Shown here one piece after another: positions 46,897 through 56,376 of a stretch of 59,985 nt of DNA (position 1 is its first letter; every line of letters starts with the position of its first letter). The notes under the pieces were generated by a model. It saw only the letters and a list, made by a program, of their open reading frames with translations, was not told the DNA's origin and made no database searches. Source of the DNA: Escherichia phage vB_EcoS_OddieOddie. The translations under genes were made by a program, and so were the position numbers. The DNA lies in sequence record OL539454.1. One strand, 5' to 3'.

Positions 46897-49227
46897 GCTT
46901 AAGTCTTTGAAAACACTCTCAATTGACTCGTCTATATACCATCCCAACCCCCTGAAATTACGCTTCAATGCATCCTCACGCGTAACCGGAACAAGCGCGC
47001 CCATGTCTACAAGTTGTTTGATAGTCAGGTCTGTCGCAGTACCTGCCCCCATCCTGTGATTCTTGAATGCTGCTAACCCGTAGGTTCTGCGTGTGATAGT
47101 TGCCTTCGGAATAATACCGTCAACTCGCAGCTCCTTACGATCACATGCAATTTTACCGCCAAGATAATCTTTGCAGACCTGACAGATAGCCTTCACACGC
47201 GTTTCATCATCACCGCCAATAGTACCTTTTTCCCATGCGTTGATCATGATATCCTGCCCATGCGTAACAAAATCTACCGCCCATTGCATGTGATTGGGCT
47301 GAACGACAGGATTGATCCAGTTTTCCCCCACTGCTAACAGGGAGGCAAGACGCAGAGCTTTAAGGTGTGCACGGTTCCACGGCTGACGAATTGCTTCGTC
47401 TTTAGTTGCGTTAATGTGTTCATCACATAACAAGTTAAACCCCCGTTCAATCCTTTCCGCTTCAGGGCTTAACTGGACGGTAACGGTCTGGAATTTTGCC
47501 ATTGTCACTAACGTGTGGTTAACGAGATGGCAGACCATGTCCTTTAATTGTTGCGGCATTGTGATTTCAGGATTTTCGTTTGCAGGAACACGATCCCCTT
47601 CATATTGCACAATGTGGAAACGGGACAAGAAACCGTCTTCCATCATTTCACGGGTTAACGCTTCAAAGAATGTGTCCGGTGTTGTTTCGCCCAGCACGCT
47701 GAACGCCACCCCTTCCATCGTTTTGGTATTGTTAGCCTTATCAGAATATCCGATACCGCCAACAACATCCATAGCACCAGATTTTTGATACACATCTGTG
47801 ATAGTTTGCTTCAGGGTGTAGTTTGCAGTGCCAGGTTGAGCTGTCGCCATACCTTTGATGGTTTTACCAAACTCACCGTTAATATTCACAAACGAAGTGT
47901 GATCCGCAAAACTTTTACGCAAGGCAGGACCGGAAGCATAGTTAGTCATATCTACAAACTCATGCACTTGCGGTAATTGCTCGCCTACTTGCTTACAGAT
48001 ATAACTAGGTCCAGCGTGAAGCATTTCTTTACCCACACCTGATCGAGCAATAAGCACAAAGTAACCGTTCAGCCCTGTGTTGGTGATAGTATTCCACACC
48101 TTGCCGCATACGCCGGATAAGAATGCTAACGATGCGGTGATTGCAATTTCTTTCACCGGACGCTGCGACGCCTTGTAGATATACTTCGCAAGCTCACCAG
48201 CAAGACCCGGCGGCCATTCAATAGCTGTTGCATCAATGGACGTGCTTTCAGCAACTACAATTTCACCGGACGGGCTGACTGTGGTTACAGGCATTTCCGT
48301 TACCTGCTGCATTGCACTGTGTGCGGCTTGCATACGGGCAGCGTAATCCCGCGCCAGCGCCGCTACGTTTTCCTGGGCAATACGCTCACGCTCCATGCGA
48401 CCGCGACACATACGCAAGCAACGGTCAATATGAACATTGTTCTTATTAGCCTTCTCACGTTTGCCCAGTGCACTGTAACGGAACAGACGGCGACATTGCT
48501 CATTACTTTCTGTGTAAAATGCATACATGGAAATAAGGGCAAGGTCTGCTTCAGACTGGGAAGGGAATCCCATTTCAACCCATTCGCCATTGAATAGGCG
48601 TGCATACTTATCCCCGTTGTCCGCTTCAAGTGCTCGCTGGTGAATAGTCGCATCGTCTTCTACCGGATCTTTTTCTACCAGTTCAATCTCATATGTCTTG
48701 CGCTGAAGATCAATTTCATTCACAAGCATAGTAAGATAATGATCACGTTCTGCAACTGGTTTGTTATAGACAGGATTACCCGTGCAGATAATAAAACGCT
48801 CCTGACTATAAACCTCGACACCATCACGTCGGCGACCTTTACCGATGTTCCCTCTTAACCACAGGTGGACGCCCAAGCCTGAGCGACTTACTTCGGTGTA
48901 AGTATCGAACGCAGTCATGATCTGTTCGAAGCGGCGCAACTGTTCCGGCGTCGTGTGCTTCTTGGGATCAGGCTCATTGGTTGCGTTCTTCACATCCAGG
49001 TCGATGCAGGTGAACGGGTCTTGCGCAGTAAGCACGAAGCCAATATAAGGTTTATTGAAATGAGCGGCGCAACCTTTAGCGGCTTCAAACGTCATAAGCA
49101 TATCCGGATCGGTAACGTCTGCCGCCATCAAACGTCCGATATCGTTGTCCCATACAAGCGGCTTTTTATCCGCATCGGCGACCGCCCATTGTGGAAAAGC
49201 TTTAATTTCAGCGGGAAACAGTTCCAT
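46891..49227 (-). CDS. primase-helicase (archaeo-eukaryotic primase-like N-terminus fused to ATPase)
   Basis: 778-aa ORF; primase-like SRSGLGVHLW motif; central P-loop-like ARSGVGKE. Confidence 0.6.
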   Translation of the reverse strand: MELFPAEIKAFPQWAVADADKKPLVWDNDIGRLMAADVTDPDMLMTFEAAKGCAAHFNKPYIGFVLTAQDPFTCIDLDVKNATNEPDPKKHTTPEQLRRFEQIMTAFDTYTEVSRSGLGVHLWLRGNIGKGRRRDGVEVYSQERFIICTGNPVYNKPVAERDHYLTMLVNEIDLQRKTYEIELVEKDPVEDDATIHQRALEADNGDKYARLFNGEWVEMGFPSQSEADLALISMYAFYTESNEQCRRLFRYSALGKREKANKNNVHIDRCLRMCRGRMERERIAQENVAALARDYAARMQAAHSAMQQVTEMPVTTVSPSGEIVVAESTSIDATAIEWPPGLAGELAKYIYKASQRPVKEIAITASLAFLSGVCGKVWNTITNTGLNGYFVLIARSGVGKEMLHAGPSYICKQVGEQLPQVHEFVDMTNYASGPALRKSFADHTSFVNINGEFGKTIKGMATAQPGTANYTLKQTITDVYQKSGAMDVVGGIGYSDKANNTKTMEGVAFSVLGETTPDTFFEALTREMMEDGFLSRFHIVQYEGDRVPANENPEITMPQQLKDMVCHLVNHTLVTMAKFQTVTVQLSPEAERIERGFNLLCDEHINATKDEAIRQPWNRAHLKALRLASLLAVGENWINPVVQPNHMQWAVDFVTHGQDIMINAWEKGTIGGDDETRVKAICQVCKDYLGGKIACDRKELRVDGIIPKATITRRTYGLAAFKNHRMGAGTATDLTIKQLVDMGALVPVTREDALKRNFRGLGWYIDESIESVFKDLSK

Positions 49228-49236
49228 TGCAGATCC

Positions 49237-49530
49237 TTACTTACAAGCTAGTTTTAACATGGATATAATTGCCGCCTTAATAGTATCAACTGTGTCCTGG
49301 ACTTCTTGCTTGGACGCAAATGTGTTAACATATTCCACGCTATCCAAAACTTTAATATATAAGATATAACCTTCACCTTCTACATGTTCAACAACATAAC
49401 CGTTGATGTCTAAAGACTTGCCAAAATAGTAACATGCAGATTTTGAATTAACCTTTTTCATAAAAGGATCAATTGTAGCCATAGATCTGTTTCCTCCGCC
49501 ATTCTTCGTATGCTGAATTATTTGCGTCAT
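49237..49530 (-). CDS. hypothetical protein
   Basis: 97-aa ORF. Confidence 0.4.
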   Translation of the reverse strand: MTQIIQHTKNGGGNRSMATIDPFMKKVNSKSACYYFGKSLDINGYVVEHVEGEGYILYIKVLDSVEYVNTFASKQEVQDTVDTIKAAIISMLKLACK

Positions 49531-49774
49531 ATACTTCGCAAGCGTCTTTCATGCTGTCATACAGTCCAAGGAAAGTTCGCCTTGTTTCTCCACCTGCATC
49601 CACCCATGTTAATCGGGCGAGCCATTTACCCGTTTTGTAATCGAAAGTAACGCCCTCACGCCCGCTCACATTCTCCCGAGGTACTCGAGGTTTCCGGCGT
49701 GCAAGCCCGCGCCCTTTGAAGTTGCTCCCCGGCACCGTGCGACACTTACGACCCACGACCAACCTCCGACACAA
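49469..49774 (-). CDS. AP2-domain-like DNA-binding protein
   Basis: Contains GVTFDYKTGKWLARLTWVDAGGETRRTFLGLYDSMKDACEVYDAN resembling AP2 fold; true start probably internal. Confidence 0.4.
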   Translation of the reverse strand: MCRRLVVGRKCRTVPGSNFKGRGLARRKPRVPRENVSGREGVTFDYKTGKWLARLTWVDAGGETRRTFLGLYDSMKDACEVYDANNSAYEEWRRKQIYGYN

Positions 49775-49961
49775 TCCGACCAGCGTGCAACATTAAGACA
49801 GGCTCTGCAACTTCGCGGACGTAAACGTACACATTAGCAATTTTAACTTCGCCAGGCAGCTTACCGCGCAGCGAACACAACTTGCGACGGCTAAGACCGA
49901 AGCGGTTTTCAATTTCTGATGTGGTTATGTATTTAAGATCAAATTCTTTTTGACAGTCCAT
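49746..49961 (-). CDS. hypothetical protein
   Basis: 71-aa ORF, first gene left of the AT-rich repeat region. Confidence 0.4.
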   Translation of the reverse strand: MDCQKEFDLKYITTSEIENRFGLSRRKLCSLRGKLPGEVKIANVYVYVREVAEPVLMLHAGRIVSEVGRGS

Positions 49962-50790
49962 ACCTACCTCCTAACAGCACTATACACAATCCATAGTAAT
50001 GCAGCCACAATTATTCCACCTGAAGTTATGATGTGAGCGGATTGTTAATATATAACCACATGTGAAGGAAAGTTTTGGGTAGGAATAGTTGGTGCTCCAC
50101 GGTTTGCGCAATGTGACCGAAAGTTTTGTGAGTTTTGCAAAGTTTTGCGAAGTTTTGTGGTGCCACTGTTGCTAAAAACTTTAATAAAAACAATAAGTTG
50201 GTGCAGTAAGTTTTTGCGTTTTGGGGTAAAACGCATTTTTTACCCTAACACCCAAATCCCGACTGTTAGTAAAAAACGTATATAAATCAATAGCATAGAT
50301 ACTAAATGAATAGTGGATGGAATGGGTAGAAATCCAAATGATGGAAGTGGAATAAATTATTCCTACTTGATAGAATAATGGAATCGGTACTCCAGAGCGC
50401 AAAAACCTAAAACTTTCAGTCAACAGGCTAAAAACGGATAGAAACTAAAAGTTAATAAGTAATACCATAAATATATATAAAATAAGGATTTATTATTAAT
50501 GTATATAGTACCTATTGGTATTATTTGAATGTTTTTGGGTCATTGTTAAAAAGTCCCAAAACTCACAAAAAGTGAAAGAATACAATTCGTGACAGGATTG
50601 TTAATGGAATATTGTGTATGGATATACAGTATTATTCCAGATTCCGGAATAATTGGAATAATGGAATAAATTATTGAACTATTGTGATCGGAAGGTATAT
50701 CAAGCTATAATGCGCTTAATCGCGGGATATTGGAGGAGGACTTTATTGCGCGGTTAACCGGACCAGTAGGAGGGCTGGCCCGGAAGTAGT
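49962..50790. promoter_or_regulatory. AT-rich repeat-dense noncoding region (candidate replication origin or regulatory hub)
   Basis: About 830 bp without a convincing ORF; contains tandem and dispersed short repeats. Confidence 0.5.
50121..50160. repeat. four tandem ~10-bp units containing AGTTTTG
   Basis: AAGTTTTGTG AGTTTTGCAA AGTTTTGCGA AGTTTTGTGG; further copies at 50071-50077 and inverted at 50555-50563. Confidence 0.7.
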
Positions 50791-51117
50791 TTAGAGTTGT
50801 ACAGGTGTGAAGTGGGCTAGCGTATCGTCGGACATGATACCCGACAGTTTTTCGTTTACCCAGTCGGACCAAATGCTATCCGGTTCCTGGCGGTGCACGA
50901 ACCAGATTTCGGATGTGCCTTCTTTGCGCATTGGTTGCACTTCTGCAAGGAACTTGTCCTGCATAAGGCGGGTGAAGCATACGCTGGTCATTGGAACCGG
51001 CTTTTCGTCTTTATTGTAATAAGGGACCAATATTTTATTCCCGAAGTCGGCAACTTCATAAACGGTTCCTTTTCGCAAGCCTCTGATGTCAGTGTAAGAG
51101 CGGATGAACGTTTTCAT
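50791..51117 (-). CDS. hypothetical protein
   Basis: 108-aa ORF. Confidence 0.45.
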   Translation of the reverse strand: MKTFIRSYTDIRGLRKGTVYEVADFGNKILVPYYNKDEKPVPMTSVCFTRLMQDKFLAEVQPMRKEGTSEIWFVHRQEPDSIWSDWVNEKLSGIMSDDTLAHFTPVQL

Positions 51118-51351
51118 GTTTATTTCCTTACGAACACAGAGCCGACGAATAATGTTGACTGAGTGGCAGCTTGCTCGATTAATTCGCCAACAAGCTGGGA
51201 CTGCGTTAGAGGCTTGAGGCCTTCTTTGGCGCGTGCTTCATTTACACGGCGCTGAAGGTCTTTTAGGTATTGAGTTGCGAAACTATCTAATTGCATTTTC
51301 TTATCCTTAGGGCTCCCGCAGAAGCCCGTCAGTGAACAGTGTGGTTATAGA

Positions 51352-51965
51352 TTATGCGTCCAGACCGTTATATTTGCGCCAGGCGTAGAACTGAATGGCT
51401 ACCGTAGTCCCGTTGTAAGAAGGCATTGCAGCTTTCATCTCTTTCAGCTCCGGCGTGCGGCCCAGTTCAGCTAAAAGTTTGTCGCCCATTGCCCACACTT
51501 CGGCAGTTTTTCCTTTCAGCGGCTTGCGAGCGCCATTTTTGAAATCACAGCGAGCAGCTTTTACATCCTGTTTTGGCGCGGCAGCTTTTGGCTCTTCAAT
51601 TTTGATTTCAGAAACCTGCGTGGCAGCTTTTGCGTGTTTCATATCTTTCTCTTCCTCCTGCTCCAGAGCTTCGAGGCAGCTTTTGACAATTTCCGGATTT
51701 ACCATCGGGCGCAGTACCGAGACGCTAGCAGCTGGCGCGGCGGTCGGTGCTGGGACTTTCTGCTCGGGCTTTTGAGCTTTTTCGTGATCGCGCAGCACCT
51801 GAAGCACTTCCTTCTCGATGATGTAAAAACCAATATCGTCCTGATGGATTAGCTGTTCGTGTGCATCGCGTGCAACCTGACCCCAGCGGGTCTTAAGGGC
51901 GCGGCGTGCATTCGTTTTCATGGTGTAGCGCATTTTGTCCTGTTCGCGGTGAGTTACTTTAGACA
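51352..51965 (-). CDS. hypothetical protein
   Basis: Longest ORF extends to 52011; ATG at 51965 has SD AGGAG; charged, helical. Confidence 0.45.
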
Positions 51966-52039
51966 TGGTATAGCTCCTTTCGTTAATATTAGTTTGCTTA
52001 TTACTGCCCACCGTAATGATGAGCAGTGTATAAGAAAAC

Positions 52040-52288
52040 TTATTGCACGATTGCTACGAAATCGGCGTTCGCGATACCCATACTTGCGAAAGCAACAATG
52101 CCATAGTCGGTGTCGTTGTCCGCGTTAAACGCTTTGAGGAACTGCTGTACCGCTGCTTTATGGTTAAGCGTTACGTCGATAGCATAGTCCCAGCTATAGA
52201 CTTTGCGCTTGCCAAAACCTTTAACTGCAATGCGTGCGCCTTTGGTGTTAGTTGGTGCCAAAAATTTGGTGACGATAGAAGTAGCCAT
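52040..52288 (-). CDS. hypothetical protein (first gene of leftward arm)
   Basis: 82-aa ORF with SD GAGGA. Confidence 0.45.
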   Translation of the reverse strand: MATSIVTKFLAPTNTKGARIAVKGFGKRKVYSWDYAIDVTLNHKAAVQQFLKAFNADNDTDYGIVAFASMGIANADFVAIVQ

Positions 52289-52751
52289 GATGTAATCCTC
52301 GTTTTGTTTAAGTTGACTTATTATTGCCCAGTCAGATCAACTAGGCAAGATATAAATCACTTAATTTGTACTAAATCGTATTCCTTGTAGATGTCGCTAA
52401 TGTACATATCGAACTGGCCCATTAAGAAGATTTCGGCCTCCTCCCAGCTTGGGGCAGATACATAACCAGCTATTTTACCGGACTCGAGTTCCACTAATTT
52501 GAATTCCATGATGCAACCCTTAATGTGGTTAAGCAGTATTGCTTTGTTGAAGTAATAATAGCCTTACATCGTGATATTGAATAGGCCAAAAGTGCTATTT
52601 TGATATTGTTTTGCATCTAATGAAAATTATGCTTGCCATGCATATTTAGCACTAATGGCCTAACTAACATCACATTATCTGGAGTATTCGCGCGGGCGCA
52701 CACATACATATAAAGCTGCCAAATATTTTTATAAAAAGATGCAAAAAGGTG

Positions 52752-52791
52752 TAGACACATGATCGGTCTAGCACTACTATATACACATACC
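52752..52791 (+). promoter_or_regulatory. candidate early promoter, copy 1
   Basis: TAGACA-CATGATCGGTCTAGCAC-TACTAT about 40 bp upstream of the 52829 gene. Confidence 0.4.
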
Positions 52792-52828
52792 GCAAGGGTA
52801 CTACAAATTAACTTAAAGGGTTCACATC

Positions 52829-53113
52829 ATGTCCATCGTTACTATGTCGTTCTTCGACCATTGCAATAACGAAAAACAAATTATCGTTAACCTGCAAAAA
52901 GGGTTGGTTGTTGCACGCAATGCTAACCGTCAATGCATCGCGCTAACCGATTTTGCTTTCCGCCTTAACGTGGACAACACCACCGCCAAAAATATCGTTC
53001 ACGATACAGCGATGGAAGCCGCTCATGCTGCGAAGGATAAAGGTATCCGTGCCGCACGCGAAATCATGCACAAAGCGCTCGGCATCACGTTCTTCATCGG
53101 CATTAAGGGGTAA
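52829..53113 (+). CDS. hypothetical early protein
   Basis: 94-aa ORF, first gene of rightward early arm. Confidence 0.45.
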   Translation: MSIVTMSFFDHCNNEKQIIVNLQKGLVVARNANRQCIALTDFAFRLNVDNTTAKNIVHDTAMEAAHAAKDKGIRAAREIMHKALGITFFIGIKG

Positions 53114-53259
53114 CTACTATGGCACGCAAATACACGCTTACACGCGCACAGCACGCGTTATTATTGCAGGTTATGCGCATGGAGTACGAAGAGACTACAT
53201 GGGCGCAGGCTATGCAAACTGGGCGCGAGTTCTACGCGCAATTAATAGCACAAAATGCC

Positions 53260-53300
53260 TAGACAACATGATCGGTCTGGTGGATACTACACACATCAAC
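53260..53300 (+). promoter_or_regulatory. candidate early promoter, copy 2
   Basis: TAGACAACATGATCGGTCTGG shares a 20-bp core with 52752-52772; upstream of ATG at 53321. Confidence 0.4.
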
Positions 53301-53320
53301 CAAACAACGGGGTAAACAAA

Positions 53321-53560
53321 ATGCGTAGTTTCAAATGTGTAAGCGTAAACGATAATGCTAAGGCTAGTGCTAAGGGTCTGTTCACAGTAGGTAAAGTGTA
53401 TGACTTCAACATGGAAAGTTATATACACATGACCCTCACGGGCGTAATGTTCGGCGACGTTGGTGCTGTACGCTGCGAGTTAAACAAGTACACGGAAAAG
53501 GAATATGCCCTTATCAGCCGCTACACGGGCGAGCCGTTAGCTGTGTTCCATGCAGCTTAA
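53321..53560 (+). CDS. hypothetical early protein
   Basis: 80 aa from the internal ATG of ORF 53255..53560, chosen because the repeated promoter-like element overlaps the longer 5' extension. Confidence 0.4.
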   Translation: MRSFKCVSVNDNAKASAKGLFTVGKVYDFNMESYIHMTLTGVMFGDVGAVRCELNKYTEKEYALISRYTGEPLAVFHAA

Positions 53561-53587
53561 GCTATAACGCACACAGCGCCACGCTAG

Positions 53588-53626
53588 CGAGCTAATGCAC
53601 AAAGGCAATGGTAATGCATTAGCTCG
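53588..53626. repeat. perfect 12-bp inverted repeat with 15-nt spacer
   Basis: CGAGCTAATGCA ... TGCATTAGCTCG. Confidence 0.7.
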
Positions 53627-53636
53627 GGCGAAACAG

Positions 53637-53706
53637 GCGCACAGCTTCGCGCACAGCTCGCACAGCGCACACCGACCCACGCAGGCCCAGCCGCGCGACC
53701 CGACCC
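53637..53706. repeat. GC-rich short tandem repeats
   Basis: GCGCACAGC-like units x3-4 followed by CGACCC x3. Confidence 0.65.
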
Positions 53707-53993
53707 ATCCTTTTCCAGGTACTTGGAGCGCTGGGCGTGCCCTGTCCATCCTGATAGTAAGTGCTTGTCTAAATCTCACCCATCACTTTACTATCCACCT
53801 ACATCCATGACCCCACCTACCTTCTTTTTGAATATATACAGCTCATTTCTTCTAAATATATGGATTTTGGTAGTAAATTCTGAGTCGTCAACGTATAATT
53901 CGTCTTGTAGCTTCTCCATAGCTACCATCTTTAAGCGATGCAACCAATTTCTAGTTAATCTCATCAGTTCCAGAGCATTTTCGGAGGTATTTA

Positions 53994-54244
53994 TGTGCGA
54001 CTCCAGTGCAAGCGCTACACCCAGCACCTCCAGCAATGTGGTTACAGAGGTAAATGCAATGCGATTAGGTCCATATCGCGGCTATTATGGTCGTGCTGCA
54101 TGGAATGACGCTACTCAACGTTTTGAAGGCTGGATTATCTGCCCGGAACGTGTTAAATTTCACTCCGTAAAAGAGAAAAATATCGTTCTTAATTTTCAAA
54201 AATGTGTCACTAAATATGTAGAGGAGCAAGAAGAATGCGTGTAG
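53994..54244 (+). CDS. hypothetical early protein
   Basis: ATG with SD GGAGG at 53994; upstream part of longest ORF lies in repeat block. Confidence 0.4.
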
Positions 54245-54531
54245 AAGAGATTGTTGAAGGTAAAGAGTATCGTTTGCTGACTGACATTGGTGGTGTTGGG
54301 TATACTCCGGATGGTGCAGCTTGTTTTAATGTCTTACCGCAAGCGGCAATTGTCACAGTTAATAAGGTTGTGACAAATTTATACACTACTTCGCCTGACG
54401 GCAATTGGCCACATGCGGTTATTGTCACCTTCGGTAAAGATGGCTATGTTGACCTTGAAGATGACGAAAATGACGCTTATGAAGTAAGTTATACCGGGCT
54501 TGTAAGTCCTAATTTCCTGGAGGAAGTATAA
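54235..54531 (+). CDS. hypothetical early protein
   Basis: 98-aa ORF, start overlaps upstream stop. Confidence 0.45.
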   Translation: MRVEEIVEGKEYRLLTDIGGVGYTPDGAACFNVLPQAAIVTVNKVVTNLYTTSPDGNWPHAVIVTFGKDGYVDLEDDENDAYEVSYTGLVSPNFLEEV

Positions 54532-54582
54532 TTATCAATCTATAATGGGCTCTACGGAGCCCTTAATTATCTGGAGGTTGTT

Positions 54583-54885
54583 ATGTTATATTTAGGTATG
54601 GACGAGACTGGACACGCAATCCCTTCCGTTGACGAGAAAACTAAACTGTATACCGAGTATTACGGTTTTGCTGTGCCCGTTGAACCTTGGACTAATTTTA
54701 TTGCTGTAGACGCAGATGGTAAAGTCCATTGCTATGACGCAAAACCTTCTTTCTATGAATCCGGTAAGCAATGGATGATGGGAATCTATGGACATCATGT
54801 CCGCTACTGCGGCGAGTTTGCTCTTGAAGGTGTAGACTGGCGCGATACACTGAAGGAAGTTAACCACTTTAAGTGTCAGCCATGA
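54583..54885 (+). CDS. hypothetical early protein
   Basis: 100-aa ORF with SD GGAGG. Confidence 0.45.
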   Translation: MLYLGMDETGHAIPSVDEKTKLYTEYYGFAVPVEPWTNFIAVDADGKVHCYDAKPSFYESGKQWMMGIYGHHVRYCGEFALEGVDWRDTLKEVNHFKCQP

Positions 54886-55095
54886 AAATTAGCATTGATT
54901 AGGCGTTATATTAGCCGCTTTTGTTGTATTTGCGATTGTAGAGTCCAAAGAAATGGAGCTGCAAAATTGTCAGCGTACTGGTAATAGTCGGGATGATATT
55001 ATCTGGCAATACATTTACGATGCAAAAGGTAATGTTGTGTCAACGTATCCTCAGGTTATTACTGAGTATGAATATAAATGTGATGACCGTAACAG

Positions 55096-55647
55096 GTGGA
55101 GATGATAATGAGCTGTCAAAAATGTAACGGAACGGGAATGGTTGATAGTGGTGGCGTTCAACCGTGGGGTGAACCTATTCTTGTGGAGTGTGATTGTTTA
55201 TATCGTGAGCGCGACGCTTGGGAACTGGATCAAGCTGGAGGTTATTACTCCCGTCATGTTATGGCAATGACCTCCGAAGGTTTGCACGGCAAAGGTGATA
55301 TTGCTGCGGAGCTGGGTTATCGCGATATGCGGATTGACCAGTTAGAAGCAGAATGGCGAGCTCAGGAAGAACGTGCTGAAAATGCTGAAACTAACCTTGT
55401 CGACATGCGTGCTGCTGAGCACGCTCTATCCGATTCTTATATTCGTTTGCGTCAAATTGTTGGTGCAATGAATCCGCCGGGCGTGACCAGCGAAGAGGTG
55501 TGGGCGCATACCGAGAAGAAGGCTCAAGAGTTGCGTGATCGCTGCGAAGCTCTGGAAGCTGTAGCAAAGGACTTCCTGCGTCGTAACGCTAACGGTCCGT
55601 TGTTCTATCGCGATCTGTATAACCGTTTTAAGGAGATTGTAAAATGA
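55096..55647 (+). CDS. zinc-ribbon protein with DnaJ-type CxxCxGxG motif
   Basis: 183-aa ORF; N-terminal CQKCNGTG plus ECDC, then coiled coil. Confidence 0.45.
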   Translation: MEMIMSCQKCNGTGMVDSGGVQPWGEPILVECDCLYRERDAWELDQAGGYYSRHVMAMTSEGLHGKGDIAAELGYRDMRIDQLEAEWRAQEERAENAETNLVDMRAAEHALSDSYIRLRQIVGAMNPPGVTSEEVWAHTEKKAQELRDRCEALEAVAKDFLRRNANGPLFYRDLYNRFKEIVK

Positions 55648-55913
55648 TTACTGCTCAAGAAGCCCGTGAATTAAGTGATAAGCTGGATATTAGTGAAGAT
55701 ATTGCAGTCATTAGTGATAGCATTCGCGCAGCTGCTACAAAGGGGTACAATAAAGTATTACTGGTAACTAAATACGGAGCTGTTGGTAATCCCGACACTC
55801 AAGACCCGACCACTATGAAGATTGCTAAATGGTTAGCTGATTCTGGTTTTACGGTATTATATTACCCTTCAATGGATCAACGCGACAACGAGCGTACTGA
55901 GGTGGCATGGTGA
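55644..55913 (+). CDS. hypothetical early protein
   Basis: 89-aa ORF. Confidence 0.4.
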   Translation: MITAQEARELSDKLDISEDIAVISDSIRAAATKGYNKVLLVTKYGAVGNPDTQDPTTMKIAKWLADSGFTVLYYPSMDQRDNERTEVAW

Positions 55914-55980
55914 TTGAAGAAAATATCAAATATTGGAAAGGCTTTATTGATGAAATGTTGAAACCATTGGTGAAGAAATA

Positions 55981-56373
55981 ATGCTATTAGTCGTCACCGG
56001 AGGTCGAGATTTTAAGCATGTGGATTATATTTATGCTCAACTGGATAAGCTGCATATGCAAAGAAGGATAACCACACTTCGCCACGGTGACGCTGACGGT
56101 GTTGACCGGATTTGTGCACATTGGGCGGAGCGCAACGGTATTACGACAGAAGCGTTCCCTGCCCCGTGGGACAATCTTTCCTTACCAAATACCAAGATAC
56201 GGTATAACGCCAAGGGTGCTTATAATGCACAAGCTGGCGCATACCGTAACCAATTAATGCTGGATACTGATCCTAAACCAGATCACGCTATTGTGTTTCC
56301 TGGCGGAGCTGGTACTATGGATATGTACAGACGGATTAAAGCATCCGGTATCCCTTACACATTAGCGGAGTAA
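55981..56373 (+). CDS. Rossmann-like hypothetical protein (possible SLOG/DUF2493-like)
   Basis: 130-aa ORF starting LLVVTGGRD, with HGDADGVD and FPGGAG motifs. Confidence 0.4.
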   Translation: MLLVVTGGRDFKHVDYIYAQLDKLHMQRRITTLRHGDADGVDRICAHWAERNGITTEAFPAPWDNLSLPNTKIRYNAKGAYNAQAGAYRNQLMLDTDPKPDHAIVFPGGAGTMDMYRRIKASGIPYTLAE

Positions 56374-56376
56374 ATA

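Noticed and set aside
50121-50160. Possible CRISPR array
   Set aside because: The repeat unit is only about 10 bp with no spacers of CRISPR length and no cas genes anywhere in the window
50045-50423. Two minus-strand ORFs (63 and 80 aa) in the AT-rich repeat region
   Set aside because: They span tandem repeats and have low-complexity composition; the region is better explained as noncoding regulatory or origin DNA
53537-53810. ORFs of 80 aa (minus) and 71 aa (plus) over the GC-rich repeat block
   Set aside because: Cys/Arg/Ala-rich or His/Ala-rich low-complexity translations arise from the repeats and there is no SD
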